From Lenisia limosa (taxonomy: Eukaryota > Protista > Breviatea), in NCBI GenBank assembly GCA_001655205.1, contig LPNZ01008139.1, positions 1 through 33,090 on the forward strand: a DNA stretch of 33,090 nucleotides. The letters are read 5' to 3'. Both the position numbers and the translations under genes were made by a program. The first letter of the stretch is position 1. The number at the start of each line of letters is the position of its first letter. Shown piece after piece: positions 11,936 through 23,664 of this stretch. The notes under the pieces are model-generated. The model ran no database searches, had not been told where the DNA came from, and saw only the letters and a program-made list of their open reading frames with translations.

Positions 11936-12201
11936 CGTCTCGATTCTCTTACCAAAGTCTGCTTACAGATAAATATAACTAAATAACAGGGATATGAACG
12001 TTATAACGCATACTACCGCAAAAAGGCATCTCTCTCACAAAATTTTAATATTTCATTCTTACCCCGGTTCGGGTACCGCAAAAACACGCCGCCTTTCTTT
12101 GCCTTTTGCCAAGTTCTTACAGCTAAAGTTTAAGAGTTATCAATTAATAATAAAAAAATAATAATAATAAACAGCATAACCAAAACATATATCATCAAAC
12201 A
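11936..12201. promoter_or_regulatory. Inferred bidirectional promoter GNPTAB/AMACR
   Basis: 266 bp between divergent start codons; contains TACCGCAAAAA twice (12014, 12074) and an A/T-rich tract. Confidence 0.55.
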
Positions 12202-15200
12202 ATGCTTAAGTATAGTTGCCTCCCCCCGATCCCAAGTGTTCTTTCATTGTATAGTTTGAAAATGTTCTCGACCCTTTCCTCTTCAGTAAAGGTATCAAAA
12301 CAACAGCCCCTTGAAGGCATTCGAGTATTGGACCTTTCAACCCTCCTCCCTGGTCCGTATGCATCAAGTTACCTTGCTGGTAGGTTTGTCTCATATAGTA
12401 TCATATGTAATCATATCCACTTATTTTAATGTCACCCTTTATAGGCATGGGAGCTGAGGTTATAAAAGTTGAAAACCCGCTTCGGCCCGATCCCTTGAGG
12501 TTTGTTTCTATCACAACTCAATTACATTTGCACGAAAGGTGTACCAATACCAAACATGTTCCAATGTTAGTGTATTTTGGTATTTTGGACAGGGTTGGCC
12601 GTCCAATGTAGTAGTACTGTAACACACATAGTATATGACATTTAGTTTTTCTTTCAAAGTATTCCCCTGAATACAAAGGGATTACCCGCCATTGGCAAGT
12701 GATGGCGTCAGCAAAATGTACCACATGCTGAACCACAGTAAACACCACATTTCTCTCAATCTAAAGGATAAAGAGGTTTGTTGGGGAAGGATTCTGCGTA
12801 TTTTCTCTTTGAATACAAATGCTGATTATGGAGCCCAGTTTAGTTATCCCAATATTTTGAAATGGAGAATAGAAATTACATTATGTTCTCAATGCCCAAA
12901 ATAACGTAATCGAAACACTAGAAAATAATTATTGAGGAGTTATCGTATATTACATCTCTCGATGTATCTCAAATTGCCCATTGTGATTGAAAAATTTAGG
13001 ACAAAGACTCATTTGAATGCCTCCTCTCCACTGCTGATGTCCTCATTGAGCAATTCAGACCTGGCGTGATGGACCGTCTAGGTTTCGGCCCAGAAGTGAC
13101 TACCAAAACTTTTCCGGGCCTCGTGGTATGCAAGAACTGTACCGCTTTGTCAATAATATGTAAGATATAATATGTAATGCTACTTCATTTGTTCATCAAT
13201 ATGTCACAATTGACACAAAGATGAAAGTGATAATCATCCCAGTATGGTATTGTTTTCATTTCGTAGTATTGTAGTATCTCCGGTTACGGACAAGAAGGCC
13301 CTTTGTCTCTCGATGCCGGGCATGATCTGAACTACATCAGTGCAGCTGGTAGGCGCAGACTATTGAAACAATTGAGTCCGTAAGGTTATCAGACAAACGG
13401 TTATTCAAGGTTCAACTAGACGTTTATATTTTTTCGAGTAATCTTATGGGTGGGTTGATTTACTTTTCAAGTTCGGTGTAATAGTTCATAATTCCCGATG
13501 TGTGTATTACATTTCAGGTCTTCTTGGTATGGCAGAGACTCCTGGAGTTCTCCCTGTACAGGTTTGTTCAGTTCGTTTGAAATACACAAGAAACTTAGGT
13601 TTAGTCACCTTTCTGTTTTACTGCTGGTTTGTGCACCTTCACCAGTCAGGTTGCAGACATCGCTGGAGGCACACACCCGGCTGTCATCAATATATTGGGT
13701 AGGATAGTCCGAAGAAATGGCATCTCCGAGAGAGAATTACAGTAAATATCATTTCAAACCCAAATCTTGGTAACTTGTATTACCATATTTTGATCCGAAG
13801 TGACAAAACTTCCAAGGAAAAACTCAAACATAGAATTCTGCTTATTGTATCTAACTGGTTCCTAATTATCAGCTGCACTGCTGCAAAAACAAAAGACTGG
13901 AAAAGGCTCGTATTTAGACGTGAGTATGGCACACGGAGCATTTGCAATGGCTCCTTTCAAACCAAGTGGCAGCAATGAGTCTCCTGATATGGTATATTCG
14001 GATGTGACAAGATTTGGCATTGGAATTGTACCCCCCCCCCCCAATATGTGATGCATATGATATAATAATTGACTTTCATCTGTTGACATTGTATAGCTTG
14101 GCATTCCAAAGGTCATCTCAGGAGTGGCCCCATGCTACACCGTGTATCCAGCCAAGGACGGCTACATTTCTGTCGCAGCCTTGGGTGTGTCCGGTACTTG
14201 ATTCTCATTTCACTTACCCTCTATTTGGTTATTGGTTTACGAATTATACTCAACTCAGAAATGGCCGTCACATCTCATTTTGATTATTATCTCATCAATA
14301 TGAGTGATATTTCAGAGCGCCACTTCTTCAGCCGTGTGGTTCAAGGTCTTGGACTTGACGAAAGCTTACTCGAGGGAGGATGGGCCGATAAAAACTCCGA
14401 ACTTGGAAGGTTGTTGGGCACATTGCAAGTATATATGTATGTTATCATATCTATATGTATGATGGTATGGTACATCTGCTACATATGATAATTATATCAT
14501 ACGTACATACATTTCAAGGATTGTACTGGTCCATTTATTGTAAGAGTGACACTCATTGTAGACCAACTTACGAGGCCATTTTGGAGAAGATATCGTCCAT
14601 GAGCGTTGACGAGGTTCAAGGCATTCTTGGTAGGCACAATAACGTACTCGTGACCAATAGGGTTCGGGTTAGGAAAATGAACTTGAGAAATCGCCTTCTT
14701 TTTTGTGGCAGGGAATTTCCATGAGGAGACTTGTAATTCTGAAAACTATTGGGGAGGGGGTGCGGATCCACGTACATATACAGGCTAATGTTTTGATATT
14801 TAGGTCCACTTGACTGCTGTGTATCTCGGGTGTTGCCATCTGTTGACAGTCGACTGCGGGTCGGTCACGATTGTTTGTGGGGCTTACCCCTTTCTGGGTA
14901 AAGTATACTATCTACACACCTCCCCTTTGCAATCTTGTGTATATGTGGGGGTAATTGTATGTTGCTGCTGCTGCAAGATATTCCATCTTTCACGTTTCAG
15001 GCCATGAATTGACCAGTTTAGTGACTGTGTCTGTTGGGGGAGAAGTCGAGTCAGTTCTTCCTTATCTTCCTGTCTTGTCCAATATTAGTGTTCCAGGTAA
15101 AAGGAATTTAATCATTAGATATCAACAACATAAACACAGTATTAGATAATTTTTGGTACAGTCAGATCGCTATTCTTTGAGCATCGAAGTAATGTTATAG

Positions 15201-15356
15201 TAACATCATCTATTTTATATCGATATTCCCAAATTATGTACCAAATTGACATGACTTATTTGCTGTTGATCAAAACATGCTCCATCTCAAAGCTCAGAAG
15301 TCCCCCTGGCACCCGCTGTTGGTGCTGACAACGCCACCATCCTCAATAAAATATAA
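12202..15356 (+). CDS. AMACR: Alpha-methylacyl-CoA racemase-like protein (CaiB/BaiF CoA-transferase family III), multi-exon
   Basis: PLEGIRVLDLSTLLPGPYASSYLA|GMGAEVIKVE; LNHSKHHISLNLKD; ADVLIEQFRPGVMDRLG; ISGYGQEGPLSLDAGHDLNY (about 13275-13335); VADIAGG; PCYTVYPAKDGYISVAALG; LDCCVSRVL; terminal exon 15298-15356 (E)VPLAPAVGADNATILNKI*. The GHD-x-NY His and the ADxAGG Asp match the AMACR/MCR catalytic pair. Start is 12202 or 12262. Confidence 0.85.
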
Positions 15357-15456
15357 AGTATTATGTATTACGAATCTAGGTTTAATTTCTTGGATCTGTG
15401 AAACCATGCTGCTTAACTTCAAAGCTAATAGACTGAGCCGTAACCGATCCAACATC

Positions 15457-18400
15457 CTAGAATCCAGCAGCGTAAGTCAGCATGTCATCGTTTGGGGTGT
15501 TGGAGAGCCACATGATGGCATCATCTCTTGTTGCCCCTGGGGTGGCCAGTTGCCACGTCATCGTTGCCTCCAGCAGTTCCTTGATCTTGGGACCTTTGAT
15601 GTTCTTGATCTTCATCACGTCCTTGCCCTGGACATAGTCAACTAATGAAAAGGTTACATGAAATGCCAAAAAACTGTATTATACAGATATCATGAAGTAT
15701 CATCGTTCTTCATAAAGAAACCCAGTAAGAGACCCTCATACTCCAACAAGAGGCTTCAGGTTCCAAACACCATCGATACCAAATGCTCTGACGTCCTGAA
15801 ATGTAACAAATCTGGTCAGTTGAAAAGTAACATAGTATTTGGACAATTGGAATTTAACTATAACTGGCCTAATAGCCAGTGTTTACTCCAACACTTATCA
15901 GCTTATTTATCAACAACATAGGCTATACCATATCATAGAGGTCATACTGTTACTTCACCTCCCACGTTTCCAACAGCAAAAAGACGGAAATGGGCTTCCG
16001 TCAAAATGGACGAGACATCTAAACCTGTCACAATTTTCAAAGAGGTCTGCAGCCCCATATCAGGATCTCCCATCAGTCTTTAAAATAAAATGGTAAAGTA
16101 GTAAGAGTATTTGACTTTTAGAACGACGTGATCCACTCTCACCATTTTGAGCACAAATGTCATGGCTTACCATTTGGCTGTTGGGGGTAGTCCACGGCCG
16201 ATAAGGGTACCTGGACTGACGGCAATTCACGCGCAACAGCTAAGGTGTAAAAAAGTATTAGTTTGTCACTTCAAGGCAAATATTTTGGCTGTTCTAATAT
16301 CACCCCAATGATGACGACGGGAGCTATCAAATTCCGAATAGCCCCCAAACCGAGGCAGAGGGCAAGAGGCCAAAGGGGGCCCACCTTCTTGAGGACTCGT
16401 GCTACATGAAACGTTAAATGCGCAGCATACTCTACAATCCTAAATTCTTGACAAAACAAACATTGTTATCGTACTAACTGAAGAGGAAAACGACCATGAA
16501 CTCCAGATAATATGATAAACATAAAGAAATACTAACTCCCAAACAATTCCTTCCACCCCCGCTACCAGAAATCCCTCATACCCATTGTCACTCTGTTCCT
16601 ATTGGCACAAGACATTTGTTTGAATGCCGCCGCAGCGACGTGGATCTTGTCTACCACATCAGCATCGCGATTACGGAGCTGTTGGGGTTACGTATTTACT
16701 GATGGGTGTGGAAGGTAAGGGGACTGGAATAAAACGTATCAGCACCTGGATGATATACACAACACATATTACGATGGTTTGAGAAAACAACAAAACAAAG
16801 CACACTTGTGTATCACAGGGCGCTATGTTTTTCAGACTTGCGTACCTTAAGGGAGTTTTTGAGGATGTGTGCAGAGACAGGTACCTGGTGTTTCGCCTCT
16901 GTGTATCTATATAGTGAAATCAGTTGGCATTTCAAACCGCTCCATACTAGAAACTATGTATTACCTATGAAATTCCAACTTTTCAGGATATTTGACACGT
17001 AAATCTGCGACTATGTAGAGATCTGACTAATAATGAACACTTGTCCCCTCATACTCATGGCCGAAACAGGGGGATAGGAAAGCGGCAAGTGCTAGATCCT
17101 GAGCATCTTGGTTCCCTATGGTGAACCTGAATAGAGGGTAAGTGAAATGGGAATGTAAGATAAAAAGAGCTTTAGGTTATTTAAATAAAGTTGCACATAT
17201 AAGCCCTCCATGCAAGGCCCACCTTGGGAATGCGACGTTTTCGGTGTTAAAGATAGATGCTTCATCACTATGGGTCCGATCGCACAACCACTCCACTTTC
17301 CGTGCCAAATCCAAACCTCGAGTCTCCACTATCGTATTATATTGATCAAAGCAAGTATCAAGAGTGTGGTCTTTGCAAGCAAGATAGTGAGTTGTCTTGG
17401 AGTTCCTTTTTATTGTATTCACTTCCAACCATTTTCAGTCATTCCTGGGCTGGCGTTTTCAGGCCACGTGAATACCGAGTTGTACAGGCTACAATGGTGA
17501 AAAACGAATATTATACACCTTGAACTAATGAAAATATTTAAGAATCGATAAAATACTCAAGAAGAATCAACAAATTATGATTACCCCGCCCCCCTCCCAC
17601 TTGAAAGACACAAGGTGTGCCAGAGCCATTGAAGGAGATGGGGACGTCATCATACCTGTAAATGGGTAAACGATTGTAAGAAGAAAAGGAGCAGGCAAAT
17701 TAGTATTTAATCAGAAACGGGATGGTATCCATGTTGACCAACGACACATACCCTGGACTTCTTTGCCGATCCGCTCCCTCGAAATCTTCGTGGAAAGGGC
17801 ATTCCTCACCTTGAGCATGTGAGGAAGGGTGATGGCAAAAAGAGAATATGGATATTTCCTGTGTTGTTGTTATGTTTAACTAGTCCCATAGAGTGAGAAG
17901 AAGGAAACAATTCTCTACACACTATGACCTGCACCCCCATGAACCTGTGACATCGGCACCCTCATAAACTCTGTGACATCTGCACCCCCCATGAACTCAC
18001 AGCGGAGTCGGAAGCTGCCAAAGGAATGTCGTCCGCGAGATGATAGGCCAAACGACTGGCAAACCGCACACTCCGAAGAACGCGGAGGGGATCATCGAGG
18101 AACGTCTGGGAGGTAAGGAGATGTCGAAATAAAACAGTTTCCTTTCTTCAGTCCGAAAGACATAGTAACACCTTGAATTGTAGTGGAGGCGCTGAATTTC
18201 TCAGCTTACTTGGAGGGGCTTCAGGGGGGTTCTGCATATGCCGTTTTCAAGGTCAACAAGCCCCTAAACTGTCATTTGGAATACTTGATTTAATATCCTC
18301 TTGTATATAATGATATAGTATGTATATTATATCATATTATTATATTATATCGATATATACTACTACTCACATGATTATATCATATCTGATAGAATTTTCA

Positions 18401-19845
18401 ACAATCGCAGTATCCAACCTTGCCAGTGAAGTCCTCAATAATGCCGGTATTGACGTTGTAAAAGAGCGCGTTGATGGTCAGGTCCCGTCTCAACGCGTCT
18501 TGTAAAGGTGTCCCAATAGACTGTCCAGGTGAGGGTTTTCTCACAGATTGTTACATAATGGAAGACTTAGTACATATACTTTCCGATATTGGATCATTCT
18601 GCGACTCACTGCTTGAGCCTGAAATAGACTTGCTTAATTTTGACCAAAGAACGCGTTGAAATGCAAAATAACATCTACCATTATATTGCAAAAGACAAGC
18701 CAACGTGTAGCATGGGTGCCCAGGCCTACGATTTCGGGTATCCGTGAGGTCTCGCTGTATTCCTCCGATCTGAGATTCACAAAGTCCAGCCACTGGTCCA
18801 TGAACTAAAGGGTGAGAACAACCACTGGTCCATAAACTGAAGGGTGAGAATTATTGATACATCGAGTACAAAATGATTGTATTATCTAAATAATACTATT
18901 CCAACGCTAAGTTTGGCTGACAATATGACAATATGGCATGTAATTTTCTCAATTTATACGACAACAAAGTACACAATACAAGAAATATTACTCTGTTTCA
19001 TGAAAATGAACACGGTACTTAATATGTGAGACCATCCAACCTTTACTGTTGCAGTTTCCAAGTGCTTTGACTTATCAGGGTTACTCTTCATCACCGCTTA
19101 ACAGTTATAATAATCGGACTGGCTCCAGCCAAATGGATAACCGGGCTCCAGCCAAATAGATAATCGAACTGGCTCCAGCCAAAAGGATAATCGGACTGGC
19201 TCCAACCAAATGAATAAGGTACCTTAAGAACAAGACGGGATAAATTCGTGCTATGAAAAGAAACAATCAGTGATGAGCCACTGGACAGAACTAACCCTAG
19301 ATATCATTGAAATACAAGACTTGAATTCAAATTAACACAGCCATAACGCCTACTGATTCTGTGAGTGGCCTGTCCTGACGTCTCAAGATACTCGTTCATT
19401 TTAGAAGCAAATTCCTGCCCAAGCATATCATCTATGGCGATGTCGATGTCGTGGGATGTTTGTCCTAGAAGCTATTCGGGGGTGAAAAAATGGTAATTTT
19501 TGTGATGAATTTTAGCGTGATTATGGTAAAACCTCTTTCTAATATCAAATTGATATTAACCTCTGCTATACATTGCAATGTTCAATGCCGCAATCCAAGA
19601 CCAACCTTGTCCCTGACCCATCCTCCAGCGATTCTAAGTGTTGTTTTGAGATTGAAACGCCCACATGTGCCCAAAAGAACCTATTGGAAGGATACGAGTA
19701 AAAGAGTACTTGTTTCTGTCCAGTCTTCAACAAACAAATGTTACCGTCCTACCTTGAAAAGATTCTTTTCGTATTCAGAGAGAGCTGACTCCGGAAGTTT
19801 TAAAGGCAAAGCACACATGTTATAAATTGGTTTTGCTGAAGCCAT
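15457..19845 (-). CDS. CCA1: CCA tRNA nucleotidyltransferase (class II, eukaryotic CCA1/TRNT1 type), multi-exon
   Basis: MASAKPIYN...EKNLFK|VLLGTCGRFNLKTTLRIAGGWVRDK|LLGQTSHDIDIAIDDMLG; KSNPDKSKHLETATVK|FMDQWLDFVNLRSEEYSETSRIPEI|SIGTPLQDALRRDLTINALFYN; TFLDDPLRVLRSVRFASR; KISRERIGKE; C-terminal exon GKDVMKIKNIKGPKIKELLEATMTWQL to the stop at 15457. Confidence 0.96.
17925..18000 (-). repeat. About three degenerate 26-27-bp tandem units starting at a CCA1 donor
   Basis: Minus strand reads GTGAGTTCATGGGGGGTGCAGATGTCA / CAGAGTTTATGAGGGTGCCGATGTCA / CAGGTTCATGGGGGTGCAGGTCA. Confidence 0.8.
18790..18850 (-). repeat. 32-bp-period tandem duplication spanning a CCA1 acceptor and exon start
   Basis: CCACTGGTCCAT(G/A)AACT(A/G)AAGGGTGAGAA x2. 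Confidence 0.9.
19110..19217. repeat. Intronic minisatellite in CCA1, four units of about 27 bp (one shortened)
   Basis: ATAATCGGACTGGCTCCAGCCAAATGG-like units in tandem. Confidence 0.9.
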
Positions 19846-20133
19846 GCTGGCGGAATGAAATGGTTTTAAACTGGGCAATGGGCGTGGGGCTTGTGATTGT
19901 ATGATTCCCCAAGTTCACAAGGCGGTTTCAGAAGAGTAATCCCGTTAATATGGAATACGTTTAAGATTTAAGTTGATGCAGCGCTGAGAAGGGTCAAGAA
20001 AGCTGTTGAATTTCGCATAAAAGGGGGAATAGAAAAGATTACGATATTAGAAATTATAAAAGGTTCATTGTCGCCTTTGAAATGACCTCTTATCAGTTTA
20101 TTAGAGAAAAGTTTATTGTTTGTACTCGAAAAG
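19846..20133. promoter_or_regulatory. Inferred bidirectional promoter CCA1/BAP31
   Basis: 288 bp between divergent start codons. Confidence 0.5.
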
Positions 20134-21568
20134 ATGGGATTTTTTGACCTGTTTTCCTTCTACTCTTTGGTTGTGGTTCTCATCCTTGTTGCCACCGCCC
20201 TTATCCCTCTACCCTCCTCCTGGCGTAAGAAGTACTTAGGACTACTCTCACGGACGTTTAATGAGCACTACTTCAAGGTTAGATCCGTCTCCTGTCGCTT
20301 TCCTCTTTTGCTACTTTGTTTATGTCATTGCAGATTTTCCTTGTTGTGTGGACTGGTTTCCTGGTTGTTTCTCTTGTCAATTCTATTGTCAAGGAGAGCG
20401 AATCAAGACTGTAGGCGGAATTGGCACGTTTCTATTGGGTCCCGGTCTTGTAGAGCGAGATAAATATGCTGTCATTTCATCTTGAAATCGTTGTTTTGTT
20501 TTTACTTTTTGTATTTATTTATAATTGGTCCTTTTTGACACTGAAATTGTGATTACCCTTCTCAATAGAAACGAGTATTAATTTATGAAAGAATGTATAA
20601 GAATGTATGAAAGAAATAATAAAGCGATAGCGTTTCTGACAACTTAGTCTGATGGACGAGGCAATTGACGGGGCTCTTGCCTGCCAACATCGCACTAACA
20701 TGTTCCGCTACCAGCGTTCAATCTACCTCTCTCTGTGCGTCCTTCTTGGCATGTTCATGATGAACCGTCTTATGAGCCTTGTTGCCGATAAGATCCGCCT
20801 CCAAGACCAGTTGACCCTCCTCGAAAGGATGGTGAGCCCTCCGCTCTGAAACGAATAATAATATCGAACCTTTATAAGATATTTTTTCATATTTATGAAT
20901 GGTGGGACGTGCTATTTGTTGGATAATTTTCGTATGTGAAAATGTATTATATGAGTGTACCTTTCAGAATTGGATATTACACAAATCTACCCAATCTTTA
21001 GAAATGGCTGTGCTTGGGTAAGGAACATTTACAGATATTTACTTTTCAGGGCAAAAACAACAGTTCCGGCCTTACCGCCATTATGGAGGAGAACGAGCGT
21101 CTTAACCGCATCATCGCTGAGTCTGGCATTGAGGTGGGTATTGGTGATATCAATCGAATGAGGGGATCCCATCTTTTCAGTGGGAAGTGTGCGTCTTTTG
21201 ATTCGAGCAGAAAAAATGTGTTGCTCCTTCAAAATTATTTTTGAGCTCTCGTGAAACAGATAACATTTAATACATATAAGATGATATTATATTAAAAAAA
21301 TTGAAAAGGGCTTCCCAGATAAAACCTGAATTTTGCGTAACAGCTCAGGTTGAGAAAGCCCCTCTCGATGAAGAGGCAACCGAGAAGGAACGTGAGTTGG
21401 GATCCCGAACCTTGTGTTTACCAAATTTCTTGTGTTTTTTCAGAGTGAAACAAATCCATTGTAATAGAAGGGAATTTTTTTTTTGTTCTTTTGCCGACAT
21501 CAGACAAACATTCGTTGTTTTAACCTTTCCCAGAAGAGATCCGTAAGCGTTACAAGAAGACTGACTAA
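20134..21568 (+). CDS. BCAP31: BAP31/BAP29 (Yet-like) ER membrane protein, multi-exon
   Basis: Three hydrophobic segments: FYSLVVVLILVATALIPLP, IFLVVWTGFLVVSLV, and MFRYQRSIYLSLCVLLGMFMMNRL (compare BAP31 FRAQRNLYI). A coiled-coil-like region follows, and the last exon EEIRKRYKKTD* ends in a KKxx ER-retrieval signal. Confidence 0.85.
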
Positions 21569-21798
21569 ACCGTTTTCCTTATTTAGATTTAGTGTACTAT
21601 AGTCTTGGTTGGAGGTTCAAGATTATACATTCAAGAGCTTACGTTTGGAATGAAATTGTAATGAAAAACCATCATCACATATTACACATGTATGATAATA
21701 TGAGTATTGCTTCACTGCAAACTTCACTATTCAGAACCTCTTACCACAGTTGAACTAATGATACACTACCTTCTATTGTACAAAACTATTACACAACC

Positions 21799-23664
21799 CT
21801 ACTCAGCATCCATAGTAACTTCTTCAACCACCTAGGAAATGAGGATCAAACAGCAATAAAGTTTAAGAAATAATTGCGATGTTCTCTTAGTATCACTATT
21901 TCACCACCCCCAACCTCCTCCTCTTGCGTCTTTTGGTCCTCTTGAGTCTTTTCCTCTTCTTGAATTCTATCTTCTTCTTGAACCTTTTCCCCTTCCTGGG
22001 TCTTATATTCCTCCTGGGTCTTTTCTTCCTCCTGGGTCTTATCTTCCTCTTGCGTTTTGCCTTCCTCCTGAGTGGCTTCCTGGGACTGCCGCTGGGTCAA
22101 GGCCTCGTCGGTACCTTCAGTCTTCTCTTTCCGCGGTCTCTTGGCTGCTGGTTTCACGTTCTTTGCTCGGAACTCTGCGGGGGTTATATGGAGTAAAATT
22201 GGAAAATTTATGAAACAAAAAAGCCCAAATCAACCCTGTTGGCTGATAGCACAGGGTTGATAACAACAAAACAAACCAAACACAGGCCAATCGCTTCTGC
22301 AGCACCACATCCCATCACTCCAACCTAGTGACTTCCCAAAACATGCCCAAATCACCTCTTTTTTTGCGATATTTTCTTTAATAAAAAGCAGGGCAAAAGA
22401 CGTGACAAAACAAAGGAGCATTTCTCGAAAAAACATAGTGATCGAAAAACTTGTGCGTCCAATAGTATATGCATATAGCAATGAAAACTGGCCAAAGCCG
22501 TCCACGCCATCACGCTTATAAGAGATATTGGATTATAGAAAATATATTAATTCACTAATCATTTACCTTACAACTCCCTAATTATAACACAAGTATTTTC
22601 AAGATCGTTTGAATGTAACTGCCAAAACGCAAACCTTCCCTTGCTTGTTCCAGAAGTGAGGCGAACTCCGGAAATTGAACATCTTCTGTGGCATGAATGA
22701 TGTCATCTGAGTTGATGGTTGTTCGTTTGGCAGCACGCGCACGAGCATTGGCTCTGAAAATATGTAAACAGGTGGAGCAAAATTCTATTGTGGTTGCAGC
22801 AAAAATAAACAGTTTCGNNNNNNNNNNNNNNNNNNNNNNNNNNNNNNNNNNNNNNNNNNNNNAGGCGAAGCGTAACCTTCAGAAAGCACCCGCACATGGT
22901 GAGCCAAAAGAAAACAAGGCATACTTAATGTTATATTACCCATTTATGATGGCAGGAAAAACGCCGCAGGCTGTAATTTCAAAACCTGGTTCGGTCGAAG
23001 AAAAAGCGTAAATGCGATGTTTAGATTGGCGTAGTAATGTAATAATTATTGACAGAGAGAGCTATCATGAAAAAATAGTTGCCAAGCTGTGCCAATTTTC
23101 TGATATTCTATCCAGCATTCAAAGTAAAATCCACCTTCTTTGAAAATATTGATACCTTGATAGAGCGATAAGTCTTGACCGTTTTCCCTTGGGAAATCAT
23201 AGAGTACAGTGATTGGGAAGTCTTAACCTATTCCTCAGGAAATCAAATAGCAAATCGGTCAAGACTTATCCCGGTTGTAAGCAGACGAAAGAACAGTATC
23301 ACAAAAAAATTATGAGCAGCAAAAGCTGTGAAGGTCCCTTTATGAAGAGATTATTTAGCCTCCTTACGCATCAGCAAGGTAGAGGACAAACAAGGAGGTG
23401 GACTTGTTGAGTGCAACCTTAGCATCGGCCGATACACTGACTCCTTCCGGAAGCTGTAGTGTGAACAAAGTGACAGTTGGTTGCAGACTTAGAGTGAACA
23501 GGATGTGGTATCTCAAAGCAAGGGAAACAAATAAAGTTCACTACATTTTTTATTTTTCTCCTTTTATTTGCAGTAATATGTATTCATGCAGCATAACATA
23601 CCTTGGCTTTCGCTAGCCTAGCAGTGATACCCTGTGGAAGCTCCGGCAACGTAACTGATGACAT
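21799..23664 (-). CDS. POLE3: DNA polymerase epsilon subunit 3 / CHRAC17 / Dpb4 histone-fold protein, 186 aa, with repetitive acidic tail
   Basis: Five phase-consistent exons (23664-23602, 23453-23368, 22753-22635, 22174-21915, 21831-21799) give MSSVTLPELPQGITARLAKAKLPEGVSVSADAKVALNKSTSLFVLYLADAANARARAAKRTTINSDDIIHATEDVQFPEFASLLEQAREEFRAKN..., an NF-YB-like histone fold of the POLE3/Dpb4 type. Confidence 0.88.
21915..22073 (-). repeat. Coding 18-bp minisatellite, about 9 hexapeptide units (T/V/I)QEExK, in the POLE3 tail
   Basis: TQEEGK TQEEDK TQEEEK TQEEYK TQEGEK VQEEDR IQEEEK TQEDQK TQEEE. Confidence 0.9.
22300..22535 (-). repeat. POLE3 intron 3 segment carrying second copies of dispersed repeats A and B
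   Basis: 22510-22535 matches 1209-1234 and 22300-22322 matches 2749-2771, both in sense orientation relative to their host genes. Confidence 0.7.

Noticed and set aside
18455-18500. CCA1 templating motif reads QDALRRD rather than EDxxRRD
   Set aside because: The first position varies among bona fide CCA enzymes and the flexible loop YxxxSRxP is intact, so there is no evidence for a CC- or A-only enzyme.
17925-19217. Short repeats as a CRISPR-like array
   Set aside because: Units are directly tandem with no unique spacers, lie in eukaryotic introns, and there are no cas genes.
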